Assembly (NCBI RefSeq): GCF_028728205.1
Contig: NZ_JAQYUU010000001.1
Span: 421,318 to 485,317 of the forward strand
From: Clostridium sp. 'White wine YQ'
GTDB taxonomy: Bacteria; Bacillota; Clostridia; Clostridiales; Clostridiaceae
DNA: 64,000 nt
Reading direction: 5' to 3'
Shown: one piece after another, positions 1 to 8,751 of the stretch
How positions within the stretch are numbered: the stretch's first letter is position 1
How the letters are laid out: each line of letters starts with the position of its first letter
Notes under the pieces: model-generated
Database searches by the model: none
Told to the model about the DNA's origin: nothing
What the model saw: only the letters and a program-made list of their open reading frames with translations
Program-made: the position numbers and the translations under genes

Positions 1-75
1 AATGAAATTGTACAAAAAGACAAATATATTATTTTCAATGAAGAAAACATGGAACATATAATTGAAGTAGGATAA
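1..75 (+). CDS. 3-prime end of an upstream gene (C-terminal 24 codons ...NEENMEHIIEVG*); product unknown
   Basis: Frame 1 is open from window position 1 to TAA at 73-75 and a hairpin terminator follows. Confidence 0.3.
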   Translation, partial: NEIVQKDKYIIFNEENMEHIIEVG

Positions 76-83
76 ACAAAAAA

Positions 84-118
84 GTAGTAGAATAATTTAT
101 TCTGCTACTTTTTTATTA
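84..118. terminator. bidirectional rho-independent terminator
   Basis: AGTAGtAGAATAA / TTATTCTgCTACT hairpin with an A-run on one side and a T-run on the other, between convergent genes. Confidence 0.55.
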
Positions 119-154
119 ACTAAAATATATGAAGGTGTTGATAATAACTAATTT

Positions 155-361
155 TTAATCGTCATCATCTGTATCAATTGATGTGGTTTTTGAAGACCAG
201 TTTTTATCCTCATGAAAACTAGGAAAAAGTGATGTACTATCATCACCATCTGGCCCAGCGAATCCAACGTTTAGATTAGCAGAAGTAGATGTTCCAAGCG
301 AATCAGTTGTTGGAGGAGAAGCAAGTGTTTTATCTTTTTTATTTGTATTACTCTTTTTCAT
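155..361 (-). CDS. small Ser/Thr/Asp-rich hypothetical protein (68 aa)
   Basis: GGAGGTG RBS 5 nt upstream of ATG; terminator downstream; no recognisable domain. Confidence 0.4.
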   Translation of the reverse strand: MKKSNTNKKDKTLASPPTTDSLGTSTSANLNVGFAGPDGDDSTSLFPSFHEDKNWSSKTTSIDTDDDD

Positions 362-465
362 AAAAGCACCTCCACATCTAGTATGTTCAGTTAAGAGAAA
401 AAATATTAGATTTTAAGGAAATACATTAAAGCGTATCGATTTGGAATAATGCTACGTTTAGGACA

Positions 466-942
466 TTACTTCTTCACAACAACATCCATATTATCTTTTA
501 AGTTAGTCTTATCAACTTCTATAAATATAACCCATTTCCATGTACCATTAAATCCACTTTTGCCATCTACTTGTGCAACTGCAGATTTTTTTAGCTTAAC
601 AGTTAAAATTTTATTGTTTATATTTATACTTTCAACATTATATTGATTCACAGAAGAAGTAGATGAAGGGATTTGCAAATATAAAACTGCTTTTTCTTTA
701 TCAGGCGACTCCATTGGAATTTCCCTTGGGTTAAAGTATTTATCCTTAAATTTTTGGAAATCCTCATTTGTCAGCATTAGAATTGTATCTTGTGGTATAG
801 GCTTTGATTTTTCATCATTTTCACTAAAGCCAATTACTTGAGAATAAAACTCTTTAAATTGCACGCTCTTTTTCGTTGAACAGCCAACAAGAAATTGAGA
901 GGTAATAACAAAAAGACAAATAAAGACTAATAATTTTTTCAT
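466..942 (-). CDS. lipoprotein (signal peptide ...LVGC lipobox)
   Basis: N-terminus MKKLLVFICLFVITSQFLVGCS; GGGGGA RBS. Confidence 0.6.
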   Translation of the reverse strand: MKKLLVFICLFVITSQFLVGCSTKKSVQFKEFYSQVIGFSENDEKSKPIPQDTILMLTNEDFQKFKDKYFNPREIPMESPDKEKAVLYLQIPSSTSSVNQYNVESININNKILTVKLKKSAVAQVDGKSGFNGTWKWVIFIEVDKTNLKDNMDVVVKK

Positions 943-1046
943 AGTAATCCCCCATTTATTTTAGGACTTAATATTAAATACAATTAGTAACATTAAAATT
1001 TGCTCATTATATGAATATTGTACAATAGATCAAATTATTTGTAATT

Positions 1047-1236
1047 AAGTTACAAATATATGTGTTACAAGAAACATGAACAAAGCTGAAGTAATGCTAA
1101 GCAGACCGCGTATTTCCTTTAAATAAAGTATGTAAAAATTAAAATTAATATAAAATTACATGGATAAATATATTCTTAATAAATAAGTTACATGAGACCA
1201 ATAAAAACCGAAGGAATGCTAAACATGCCGCGCATG
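1047..1236 (+). repeat. two copies of a GC-richer ~50-nt direct repeat (AAGTTACA...GAAGnAATGCTAAnCAnnCCGCG) in the ~590-nt leader of the GT4 gene
   Basis: Copy 1 at 1047-1112 and copy 2 at 1186-1236, seen by eye. GTAAC/GTTAC half-sites recur around them. Confidence 0.4.
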
Positions 1237-1529
1237 GATGAGGTTTTTAATTGGTCGTAACTATTTGTAACTAATATTTTATTATTTTTAACATTTTCTG
1301 TGGTATTATTTTAATGACAGAGGTGTATAATTTTGAGTGACATAAGATTTATTAGAAAAAACTTTGAATATTTCAATATTTTTTTATTGTTTTAACAAGA
1401 GAATAAAATGATGAATATTGATAATAAATAGAATAAAAGATATAATTATCTTTAGTTATGTAATAAAGGGGTTATTTGTGCATATTTTGATACTTAAGAT
1501 TTAGTTAACACCCTAGAAGGAGATTATAT

Positions 1530-2483
1530 ATGAAGTATGGAATAGCATTAGCATGTGCTGTATTTATAGTTTATTTAATTATTCCTGTTTTAATGAAATT
1601 ATTTGTAAAATATGATTTTTTAGATAAACCAACTGAAAGAAAAAAACATAAGGAACCAATACCTCTTTGTGGAGGACTTGGGATGTTTATCGGCTTTTTC
1701 GTAATGTATTTTGTATTTGTAGGAGATTTTATTACAAAGGAAAAGATTACAGTTTTTATAGCATCTCTAAGTATTTTATTAATTGGACTAATAGACGATT
1801 TCTATAAAACAAGAGGAAAAGAATTTCCTATATATCCTAGATTTATAGTACAAATACTTGCAGCTATTTTAGTTTATAGAAGTGGAATAGCTTTTAGTGG
1901 ATTTACAAATCCTTTTAATGGACAATATGTGGAATTGCACGTAGTGGTTCAATTTATTCTTACAATAACTTGGATATTTGGGGTTACTACAGTAATAAAT
2001 TGGTCAGATGGTATGGATGGACTTGCAGGTAGTTTGTCTACAATATCTTCAACAACTTTATTTGTTGTAGCTCTTGCAATGAGACAGCCAGAATCAGCTA
2101 TGATGTGTATTATATTAGTTGGATCTATTTTAGGTTTCTTAAAGTATAACAGACATCCAGCTAAAGTATTTATGGGAGATTCAGGCGCTAACTTTTTAGG
2201 ATTTATTTTAGGGATAATTGCCTTAGATGGAGCATTTAAGCAAGCTACAGTTATGAGTTTAATAATTCCAATATTAGCATTAGGTGTACCAATCTTTGAT
2301 AATTTATTTGTAATTTTTAAAAGATACGCAGAAGGTAAGCCTATATATCAAGCAGATAGGAGCCAAATACATTTTAGACTTCAAGAAAAAGGACTTACTA
2401 CAAATCAAATAGTTTTATATATTTGTGCAATTAGTATGTGCTTAAGCATAATATCAATAGTGTTATTATTTGTTAAAGTTTAA
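1530..2483 (+). CDS. glycosyltransferase family 4 (MraY/WecA/TagO-like) undecaprenyl-phosphate N-acetylhexosamine-1-phosphate transferase
   Basis: Polytopic membrane protein with the NWSDGMDGLAG motif and a DRSQIHFRL C-terminal motif. It lacks the MraY HHH motif and is not in a dcw cluster, so it is TagO/WecA-like. Confidence 0.75.
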   Translation: MKYGIALACAVFIVYLIIPVLMKLFVKYDFLDKPTERKKHKEPIPLCGGLGMFIGFFVMYFVFVGDFITKEKITVFIASLSILLIGLIDDFYKTRGKEFPIYPRFIVQILAAILVYRSGIAFSGFTNPFNGQYVELHVVVQFILTITWIFGVTTVINWSDGMDGLAGSLSTISSTTLFVVALAMRQPESAMMCIILVGSILGFLKYNRHPAKVFMGDSGANFLGFILGIIALDGAFKQATVMSLIIPILALGVPIFDNLFVIFKRYAEGKPIYQADRSQIHFRLQEKGLTTNQIVLYICAISMCLSIISIVLLFVKV

Positions 2484-2576
2484 AAAATAGCTAGAGTTGA
2501 GATTTACTTATATAATAAAATCTCAGCTCTAATTTTATATAAAAGACAATTATAGTATCTAAAGGGAGGAAATTCT

Positions 2577-3716
2577 ATGAGTATTAATTTTAATGAAGAT
2601 ATAAAAAGATTTAATACATCTTGCTATAAATGGGACCAATACGGAGAGGACTATATTCCATTATGGGTTGCAGATATGGATTTTAAATCGCCAGATACAA
2701 TAATAAAAGCCTTAAATAATAGAATTGAGCATGGTATATTTGGATATACCAAACCTGATAAAGAGCTAGTAGAAACTATAGTAGAACATTTTAAGAGGGA
2801 ATATAATACAGAGATAAAAGAATCATGGATAGTATGGCTTCCAAGCATCGTGCCAACTATAAATGTAGTATGTCAGATGATTGAGGGCTCTGTAATGATA
2901 AATACACCGGTATACCCTAACATAAGAAAAGCACCTGTAAATGTTAATAGGGAAGTAATTGAAGTTCCATTAAAGAGAGAACAGGGTAAGTATACTTTTG
3001 ATTTTGAAGAAATGGAAAAATCGATAAGAGAGGATACTAAACTATTTATATTATGCAATCCACATAATCCTGTAGGAAGAGTTTTTTCTAAAGAGGAGTT
3101 AGAGGATTTAGCAGAGTTTTGTGAAAGGCATGAGCTAATCCTATGTTCTGATGAAATACATTGTCAGCTTATATTTGAAGGAAAACATATTCCACTAGTG
3201 TCACTTGGAGATAAAGTATCTCAAGGTATAACTCTTATGAGCCCAGGAAAAACATATAATCTTCCTGGAATACCAATAGCCTTTGGGGTTATACCAAACA
3301 CAGAATTAAGAAAAAAGTTTCTTAGAGCATCAGAAGGATTGCTACCGCATCCAGGAGTTTTAAACTATGTTGTATGTAAAGAAGCATATAAAAATGGAGA
3401 GCCTTGGAGAAAAGAATTATTAGAATATCTAAAAGGAAATTTAGAATTTTTAGAGTGCGAATTTAAAAGCAGATTGCCAGAATTAAAATTAACTCCGGTG
3501 GAAGGAACGTATTTGCTTTGGATAGATTTTAGAGAAACAGGCATTAAGGATCCATATAAGTTTCTATATAAAAAGGCTAAAGTTATTCTTTCAGATGGAA
3601 AGGATTTTGGTGAAGAAGGATTTTTAAGGCTTAACTTTGGATGTAGAAGAGATACATTAGTTAGAGCTTTGGATAGAATTGAAAAAGCCTTGAGGGAAAA
3701 TGAAAAAAATAGTTGA
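2577..3716 (+). CDS. PLP-dependent C-S lyase / aminotransferase class I-II (MalY/PatB cystathionine beta-lyase family)
   Basis: 379 aa. Begins with a conserved Y-W-V-A-D-M-D-F block and is full-length for this family. Confidence 0.7.
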   Translation: MSINFNEDIKRFNTSCYKWDQYGEDYIPLWVADMDFKSPDTIIKALNNRIEHGIFGYTKPDKELVETIVEHFKREYNTEIKESWIVWLPSIVPTINVVCQMIEGSVMINTPVYPNIRKAPVNVNREVIEVPLKREQGKYTFDFEEMEKSIREDTKLFILCNPHNPVGRVFSKEELEDLAEFCERHELILCSDEIHCQLIFEGKHIPLVSLGDKVSQGITLMSPGKTYNLPGIPIAFGVIPNTELRKKFLRASEGLLPHPGVLNYVVCKEAYKNGEPWRKELLEYLKGNLEFLECEFKSRLPELKLTPVEGTYLLWIDFRETGIKDPYKFLYKKAKVILSDGKDFGEEGFLRLNFGCRRDTLVRALDRIEKALRENEKNS

Positions 3717-3723
3717 GATTAAA

Positions 3724-3760
3724 TAAGGGAACTCAGCAAATACTGAATTCCCTTTATATT
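3724..3760 (+). terminator. rho-independent terminator
   Basis: AAGGGAAcTCAG...cTGAaTTCCCTT hairpin then a T-rich tract. Confidence 0.5.
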
Positions 3761-3776
3761 TAGACATAAGTTTCTG

Positions 3777-4343
3777 TTATTTGATTTCAGAGATAATATT
3801 TCCATCTTTGTCTAGCAGCACGTAGGTAGCAGTTGAATTTTCACTTGGAAGGTTAAATACTGCAAAATCTTTTCCATTTGATATTTCTGCTTCTTCCGTT
3901 GTTGAATTTGAGGTTATTTTGATTTTATTGACATTAGTATTTGAAAAATCTCCAAATACTATAAAGTATTTTCCTATAGTTTTAGTATTAATTTTAGTAG
4001 TTGACTCATATTGTTTAGTAGGAACAAACCTATTATAAAGGAATTTATGTCTATCAAATTCAATAATACCAGTTGAATTTTGGGACTCATAAATACCAAT
4101 GATATTATCGTTTGTTGATATTATTTTATCGACTTTTATAGACTTATCATCAAATTTTTTAGAAGTAGTTTTTGTAATAGAATCTATAGGTGTATCTGTT
4201 GCAATGCTTTCACTCATAACTCCACCTAAATAAACTATGATTAATATTGATATTATTGCAAAGCTGTTTAATAGTAGTTTAATGTTTATCTTTTTTGACC
4301 CTTTAGTGCCTTCTGAATCTTTATGTTTATTTTTTTCGCTCAT
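3777..4343 (-). CDS. membrane-anchored hypothetical protein (N-terminal TM, Thr/Asn-rich extracellular part)
   Basis: 188-aa ORF with one TM helix after a basic N-terminus. Confidence 0.45.
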   Translation of the reverse strand: MSEKNKHKDSEGTKGSKKINIKLLLNSFAIISILIIVYLGGVMSESIATDTPIDSITKTTSKKFDDKSIKVDKIISTNDNIIGIYESQNSTGIIEFDRHKFLYNRFVPTKQYESTTKINTKTIGKYFIVFGDFSNTNVNKIKITSNSTTEEAEISNGKDFAVFNLPSENSTATYVLLDKDGNIISEIK

Positions 4344-4445
4344 ATATAAACCCTTCCTGTAGTTAAGTAATAAGTATATTATATCAGTATTGTAAGAATA
4401 AAAAAATATTTACAATATTATCATGATAGTGTATAATTTATTCAA

Positions 4446-4552
4446 ACTTATCTAGAGTGGTGGAGGGACTGGCCCAATGAAACCCAGCAACCTATAAGTT
4501 ATCATTTGACTTAGTGGGTGCTAATTCCTGCAGTGTTTAACTGGAAGATAAG
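4446..4552 (+). promoter_or_regulatory. SAM-I (S-box) riboswitch aptamer
   Basis: CTTATCtAGAGtGGtGGAGGGACTGGCCCaATGAAACCCaGCAACC ... GGGTGCTAATTCCTGCAG ... GAAGATAAGG matches the S-box consensus including the P1 pairing CTTATC/GATAAG. Confidence 0.85.
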
Positions 4553-4580
4553 GATATTATTTGGGGAAATCGCGTTATAT

Positions 4581-4617
4581 AAACCTAAAGGTAATATCCT
4601 TTAGGTTTTTATTTTTT
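4581..4617 (+). terminator. riboswitch expression-platform terminator
   Basis: AAACCTAAAGG taatat CCTTTAGGTTT followed by TTATTTTTT, 15 nt before the metF start. Confidence 0.7.
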
Positions 4618-4631
4618 AAGGGGGTATTTAT

Positions 4632-5519
4632 ATGTTTATTAAGGATATTTTTGAGAGTAGGAAGGTAGTTTATTCTTTTGAGATCTTTCCACCAAAGACT
4701 ACATCTTCACTTGAAACAATATACACAACACTAGAAAATCTTGGGGAATTAAAACCAGACTTTATATCAGTAACCTACGGAGCTGGTGGGAGTACAGTAG
4801 ATAATAAAACTACACAATTATCTTCACTAATTAAGAATAAATATGGTATTGAGGCACTTGCACACTTAACCTGCATTGGATCAACAAAAGAAGATATCAA
4901 TAATATTCTAAATGACTTGAAGAAGAATAATATTAATAATATCCTTGCACTTAGAGGAGATATTCCAATAGGTCAAACTAATAATGGGGAATTTTCCTAT
5001 GCTTATGAATTAGTTAATCACATTAAAGATCAAGGAGATTTTGGGGTCAGTGCTGCTTGTTATCCAGAAGGGCATATAGAATGCAGGAATTTAGAGCTTG
5101 ATATAGAGAGACTTAAGCAAAAGGTAGATAATGGTGCTGAACACTTAGTTTCTCAGTTGTTTTTTAATAATGAAATATTTTATAATTTTCTTGATAGAGC
5201 AGATAAAGAAGGAATCAATGTTCCTATTGAAGCAGGAATAATGCCAGTAGTGAATAAAAAGCAAATCGAGAGAATTAGCAGCCTTTGTGGTGCGCAGTTA
5301 CCAGCTAAATTCTTAAGAATGATGGACAAATATGAGCATAACCCTGAAGCTTTAAGAGATGCAGGAATAGCATATGCAGTAGAGCAGATAGTTGATCTAT
5401 TATCATCAGGAGTTAGGGGTATACACTTATATACAATGAATAATCCATTAGTAGCAAGAAGAATAACAGAAAATATAGGAACTATAATTACTACATTAAA
5501 TGAAAAGGCAGTTATTTAA
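4632..5519 (+). CDS. metF: 5,10-methylenetetrahydrofolate reductase
   Basis: VVYSFEIFPPKT N-terminus, LRGD motif, typical length; sits under a SAM riboswitch. Confidence 0.85.
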   Translation: MFIKDIFESRKVVYSFEIFPPKTTSSLETIYTTLENLGELKPDFISVTYGAGGSTVDNKTTQLSSLIKNKYGIEALAHLTCIGSTKEDINNILNDLKKNNINNILALRGDIPIGQTNNGEFSYAYELVNHIKDQGDFGVSAACYPEGHIECRNLELDIERLKQKVDNGAEHLVSQLFFNNEIFYNFLDRADKEGINVPIEAGIMPVVNKKQIERISSLCGAQLPAKFLRMMDKYEHNPEALRDAGIAYAVEQIVDLLSSGVRGIHLYTMNNPLVARRITENIGTIITTLNEKAVI

Positions 5520-5533
5520 AAGGAGGAAACAAA

Positions 5534-5989
5534 ATGGAAAAAGTAGAAAGTTTTGAGTTAGATCATAGAATAGTAAAGGCACCTTATATTAGAAAAGCTA
5601 AGACTCTAGATGGTAGTTTAGGGGACAAGGTAACTAAATTCGATTTAAGATTTACACAACCTAATAAGGAAGCTATCCCAACAGCTTCAATTCATGGATT
5701 AGAACATCTTTTAGCAGGTCTTTTAAGAGAAGAATTAGATGGAATAATTGATTTATCTCCAATGGGATGCAGAACAGGATTCTATCTAATAGTTTGGGGA
5801 GATAGAGAACCTGTAGAAGTTAAACCAGCTTTAGAAGCAGCACTTAAAAAAGTATTAGTTGCAGATGAGATTCCAGCAAGAAATGAAATTCAATGTGGTA
5901 ACTATAGAGATCTATCACTTTTTGGTGCAAAAGAATATGCTAAAAAAGTTTTAGAAACTGGTTTTTCTCTAAATGTATTCGGTGAATAA
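5534..5989 (+). CDS. luxS: S-ribosylhomocysteine lyase
   Basis: SFELDHRIVKAPY start, HGLEHLLAG metal-binding motif; 151 aa. Confidence 0.9.
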   Translation: MEKVESFELDHRIVKAPYIRKAKTLDGSLGDKVTKFDLRFTQPNKEAIPTASIHGLEHLLAGLLREELDGIIDLSPMGCRTGFYLIVWGDREPVEVKPALEAALKKVLVADEIPARNEIQCGNYRDLSLFGAKEYAKKVLETGFSLNVFGE

Positions 5990-5998
5990 ATAATATAG

Positions 5999-6036
5999 AG
6001 ACTTAAGGTATTTAAATGCCTTAAGTCTTTTATTTT
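5999..6036. terminator. bidirectional terminator
   Basis: AGACTTAAGG tatttaaatg CCTTAAGTCT hairpin flanked by A/T runs between convergent genes. Confidence 0.6.
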
Positions 6037-6592
6037 AAAATATTTTATTCTTTTTTAAGAAAGCTAAAATATATAGAACAATGGACAAGGAAATGTATGC
6101 AGTAATTCCTAATATACTTTTTAAGTATAGAGCATATGAATTGCTATTTATATAAATCGCAAAGAAAACAAAAGCCAACAATAAAAATGAAAATATATAT
6201 AATGATGCTCTAATACTGTTTTTATTTGTTTTACTTATTTTAATTAATTTAGGAAAACTCAAATCTGTTTTCGTTTTTATTTGATAACTTAATAAAAGAA
6301 TAAGTGAACTTGAAATAAGAATCCAACCTATCTCTTTTACGTCAAATGTTTGGACTGAGTGAATTAACTTATTAGTTATAGTAAGTCCAAAAATAAAAAT
6401 TGTAAATAAACATGTAAGTTTAAGAGAATCAAGGAAAGCTTGGGTTTCTCTCTCATCTTTTTCTTTAATAAATAACTCTACAGCAAAGTTAACTATAATA
6501 CAAATAATTGCTAGTCCTATGATTATTAAATACTTATTCATCTTCCACATCCTCCTGTAATAATTCAAAGATATCATCAACTCTTTTATCAA
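6035..6592 (-). CDS. polytopic membrane protein, co-transcribed with the XRE regulator
   Basis: 185 aa, 5-6 TM helices; overlaps the 3-prime end of the XRE gene. Confidence 0.5.
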   Translation of the reverse strand: MIKELMISLNYYRRMWKMNKYLIIIGLAIICIIVNFAVELFIKEKDERETQAFLDSLKLTCLFTIFIFGLTITNKLIHSVQTFDVKEIGWILISSSLILLLSYQIKTKTDLSFPKLIKISKTNKNSIRASLYIFSFLLLAFVFFAIYINSNSYALYLKSILGITAYISLSIVLYILAFLKKNKIF

Positions 6593-6764
6593 AATATTGA
6601 GCTATTTTAAAGGCTAATTTTAATGATGGATTAAAGGTTCCACGTTCAATTTCTAGTATTGTTCCTCTAGACACATCTACATCTTCTGCAAGCTTTTCTT
6701 GTGTTATATTTTTTTCAGCTCTTAAAACCTTCAAATTAGTTTTGAATATTTTAGACTTAGCCAT
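6534..6764 (-). CDS. XRE-family helix-turn-helix transcriptional regulator
   Basis: NITQEKLAEDVDVSRGTILEIERG is a Cro/C1-type HTH; 76 aa. Confidence 0.8.
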   Translation of the reverse strand: MAKSKIFKTNLKVLRAEKNITQEKLAEDVDVSRGTILEIERGTFNPSLKLAFKIAQYFDKRVDDIFELLQEDVEDE

Positions 6765-6931
6765 TTTTAGTTACCTCCGGTAAGTTTTGGTATAAATTGA
6801 TTGTATTATATATAATATAAAATGTCAAATATATAATACATTTTGTGTGATATAAATAACATTAAATTTTGAATTATAAAATTCTAATTATTGAGAAAAA
6901 TAAATCTGAGAAATAATAAAGGAGTGATTGT

Positions 6932-7081
6932 ATGCTTAATGAGAAGGAAAAAGAATTATATAAAATAGCAAAAGAAAAAATAATAGCAGGTGAGAGTTGG
7001 GATAAAATAATGGAAGAAACCCATTTAAGATTAAAAGATTTAAAAAGAATACAAAGGGATGAAATAGATCCACATTTTTAA
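6932..7081 (+). CDS. small protein (49 aa, MLNEKEKELYKIAKEKIIAGESWDKIMEETHLRLKDLKRIQRDEIDPHF), not in the ORF track
   Basis: AAGGAG RBS 8 nt upstream of ATG and a strong terminator directly after it; divergent from the XRE regulator. Confidence 0.4.
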   Translation: MLNEKEKELYKIAKEKIIAGESWDKIMEETHLRLKDLKRIQRDEIDPHF

Positions 7082-7098
7082 TTTTTGAACATAAGTAA

Positions 7099-7140
7099 TA
7101 GCCTAGGTAATATTTAGTTTACCTAGGCTATAATTTTATA
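7099..7140 (+). terminator. rho-independent terminator
   Basis: TAGCCTAGGTAA tatttagt TTACCTAGGCTA then TAATTTTAT. Confidence 0.6.
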
Positions 7141-7240
7141 TAATACAAAAATCATATTAAGAAAAACTTAAGGTGATATATATAATTTTATTAAGAAAAT
7201 AGAACTATTATAAATATATAAAGTAAAGGAGGTAATTAAT

Positions 7241-7963
7241 ATGAAAAGTAAGGGCAAGGCATTTATATACTCCCTATTACCGGGAGGTGGTCATTTTTAC
7301 TTAGGTCTTTATAATAGAGGAATAATATTTTTATTAAGTACAATGGTTTTATCCATAGGTGGCAGAGAGCACGGATTCGGTAATTATAATTTTTTCGGAG
7401 GAATAAATAATCTATTTGATCATTTTGCATTTATTGTGTGGGTATTTTCAGCAGTGGATGCATTTATGTCTGCAGACTATATAAATAGAGGAATTATTAA
7501 TTTAGAAGAGGAAACTAAATTCTCACAAAGAAATAAAAATTTATTAGGAGTAATACTTTCGATTATTCCAGGTTTCGGACATATTTATGAAGGTTATACT
7601 GATAAGGGTATGAAACTATTTATTACATTTCTAGCAGGTATATTCATAAATGGACTTTTAAACATGCAATTAGTAAATACATTGATTTTATTACTATCAG
7701 TATTTTCAGTCTTAGATTTACTTGCACTTAGAGAGGGGAAAAGCTTTGGATTCTTTGAAGGAGAGTCAAAAGAATTTAAGCTGTTTTTTAAGATAGTTGG
7801 AGTTGTACTTATATTCTTCGGAATATCTGAGGCTCTTCAAAATGCTGGATTCTACTTTGCAGACTTTGGGTATAATTATATATTTAACACTATATCAGTA
7901 TTTATTAAAGCAGCAATATTTATTGTTATTGGTTTAATAGTTATATATAAAACAAGAAAATAA
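7241..7963 (+). CDS. TM2-domain-like membrane protein (two L-P-G-x-G-H-x-Y repeats)
   Basis: The motifs LLPGGGHFYLG and IIPGFGHIYEG each precede hydrophobic helices. Confidence 0.45.
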   Translation: MKSKGKAFIYSLLPGGGHFYLGLYNRGIIFLLSTMVLSIGGREHGFGNYNFFGGINNLFDHFAFIVWVFSAVDAFMSADYINRGIINLEEETKFSQRNKNLLGVILSIIPGFGHIYEGYTDKGMKLFITFLAGIFINGLLNMQLVNTLILLLSVFSVLDLLALREGKSFGFFEGESKEFKLFFKIVGVVLIFFGISEALQNAGFYFADFGYNYIFNTISVFIKAAIFIVIGLIVIYKTRK

Positions 7964-8127
7964 TAAATATTATATAGAATGGCCTTCATAGTAAATTATG
8001 AAGGTCTTTACTATTTATTGAGAAAAGTTAAATCCACAAAATGCTACACAGTTTTATTATAAAGTTAATGCAAAAATCATGATTTTATGCAATAATAGTA
8101 TTGTAAATAACCGAAAGGAGAATTGTG

Positions 8128-8613
8128 ATGGCAGTTAGAAAAATTGTGCAACTAGGTGATGAACATTTAAAAAAAGTTTGTGAACCAGTAAAAGAAATAA
8201 ATGAAGAAATTGATGAATTAATTCAAGACTTAAGGGATACTCTAGCAACTGTAGATGGGGTAGGATTAGCAGCACCACAAATTGCAGTAAATAAAAGAGT
8301 AGTATATATAGATTTAAGAGATGGAGAATCTGAACCAGTAGTACTTATAAATCCAGAGATACTAGAACAAGATGGTAAAGAAGTTGATTCTGAAGGATGC
8401 TTAAGTTACGTTGGATATGAAGGATTAGTTGAAAGACCAACTAGAGTTGTAGTTCAAGCTTATGACGAAGATGGAAATCTAATGGAATATGAAGCAGAAG
8501 GATTTTTAGCAAGATGTTTCTGCCATGAAATTGACCATTTAGATGGAATCATGTATGTTGATAAAGCTACAGAAGTTTACGAATTAGAAGAAGAAGAGGA
8601 TTCAGAAGAATAG
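8128..8613 (+). CDS. def: peptide deformylase
   Basis: The GVGLAAPQI, EGCLS and HEIDHLDG motifs are present. AAGGAG RBS supports the ATG at 8128; the track GTG at 8125 lies inside the spacer. Confidence 0.9.
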   Translation: MAVRKIVQLGDEHLKKVCEPVKEINEEIDELIQDLRDTLATVDGVGLAAPQIAVNKRVVYIDLRDGESEPVVLINPEILEQDGKEVDSEGCLSYVGYEGLVERPTRVVVQAYDEDGNLMEYEAEGFLARCFCHEIDHLDGIMYVDKATEVYELEEEEDSEE

Positions 8614-8676
8614 TTTGACAACCATTATTAGTGGTTGTATAATTTTGGTAGTAAATTATTAAATGAATTTATAAAT

Positions 8677-8708
8677 AAACTTAGCCTAAGGCTAAGTTTA
8701 TTTTCTTT
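8677..8708 (+). terminator. rho-independent terminator
   Basis: AAACTTAGCC taa GGCTAAGTTT then ATTTTCTTT. Confidence 0.55.
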
Positions 8709-8751
8709 AATAGTTAAGAAAGTAGAGTTACATTGAGAGGATGGTGATAGT

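Noticed and set aside
1530-2483. MraY assignment for the GT4 membrane transferase
   Set aside because: Not in a mur/fts cluster, lacks the C-terminal HHH block of MraY and has a WecA/TagO-like tail. Kept as TagO/WecA-like.
2651-3058. Antisense ORFs 2651-2848 and 2873-3058 inside the C-S lyase gene
   Set aside because: Fully embedded in a well-supported sense gene; low-complexity translations; no RBS.
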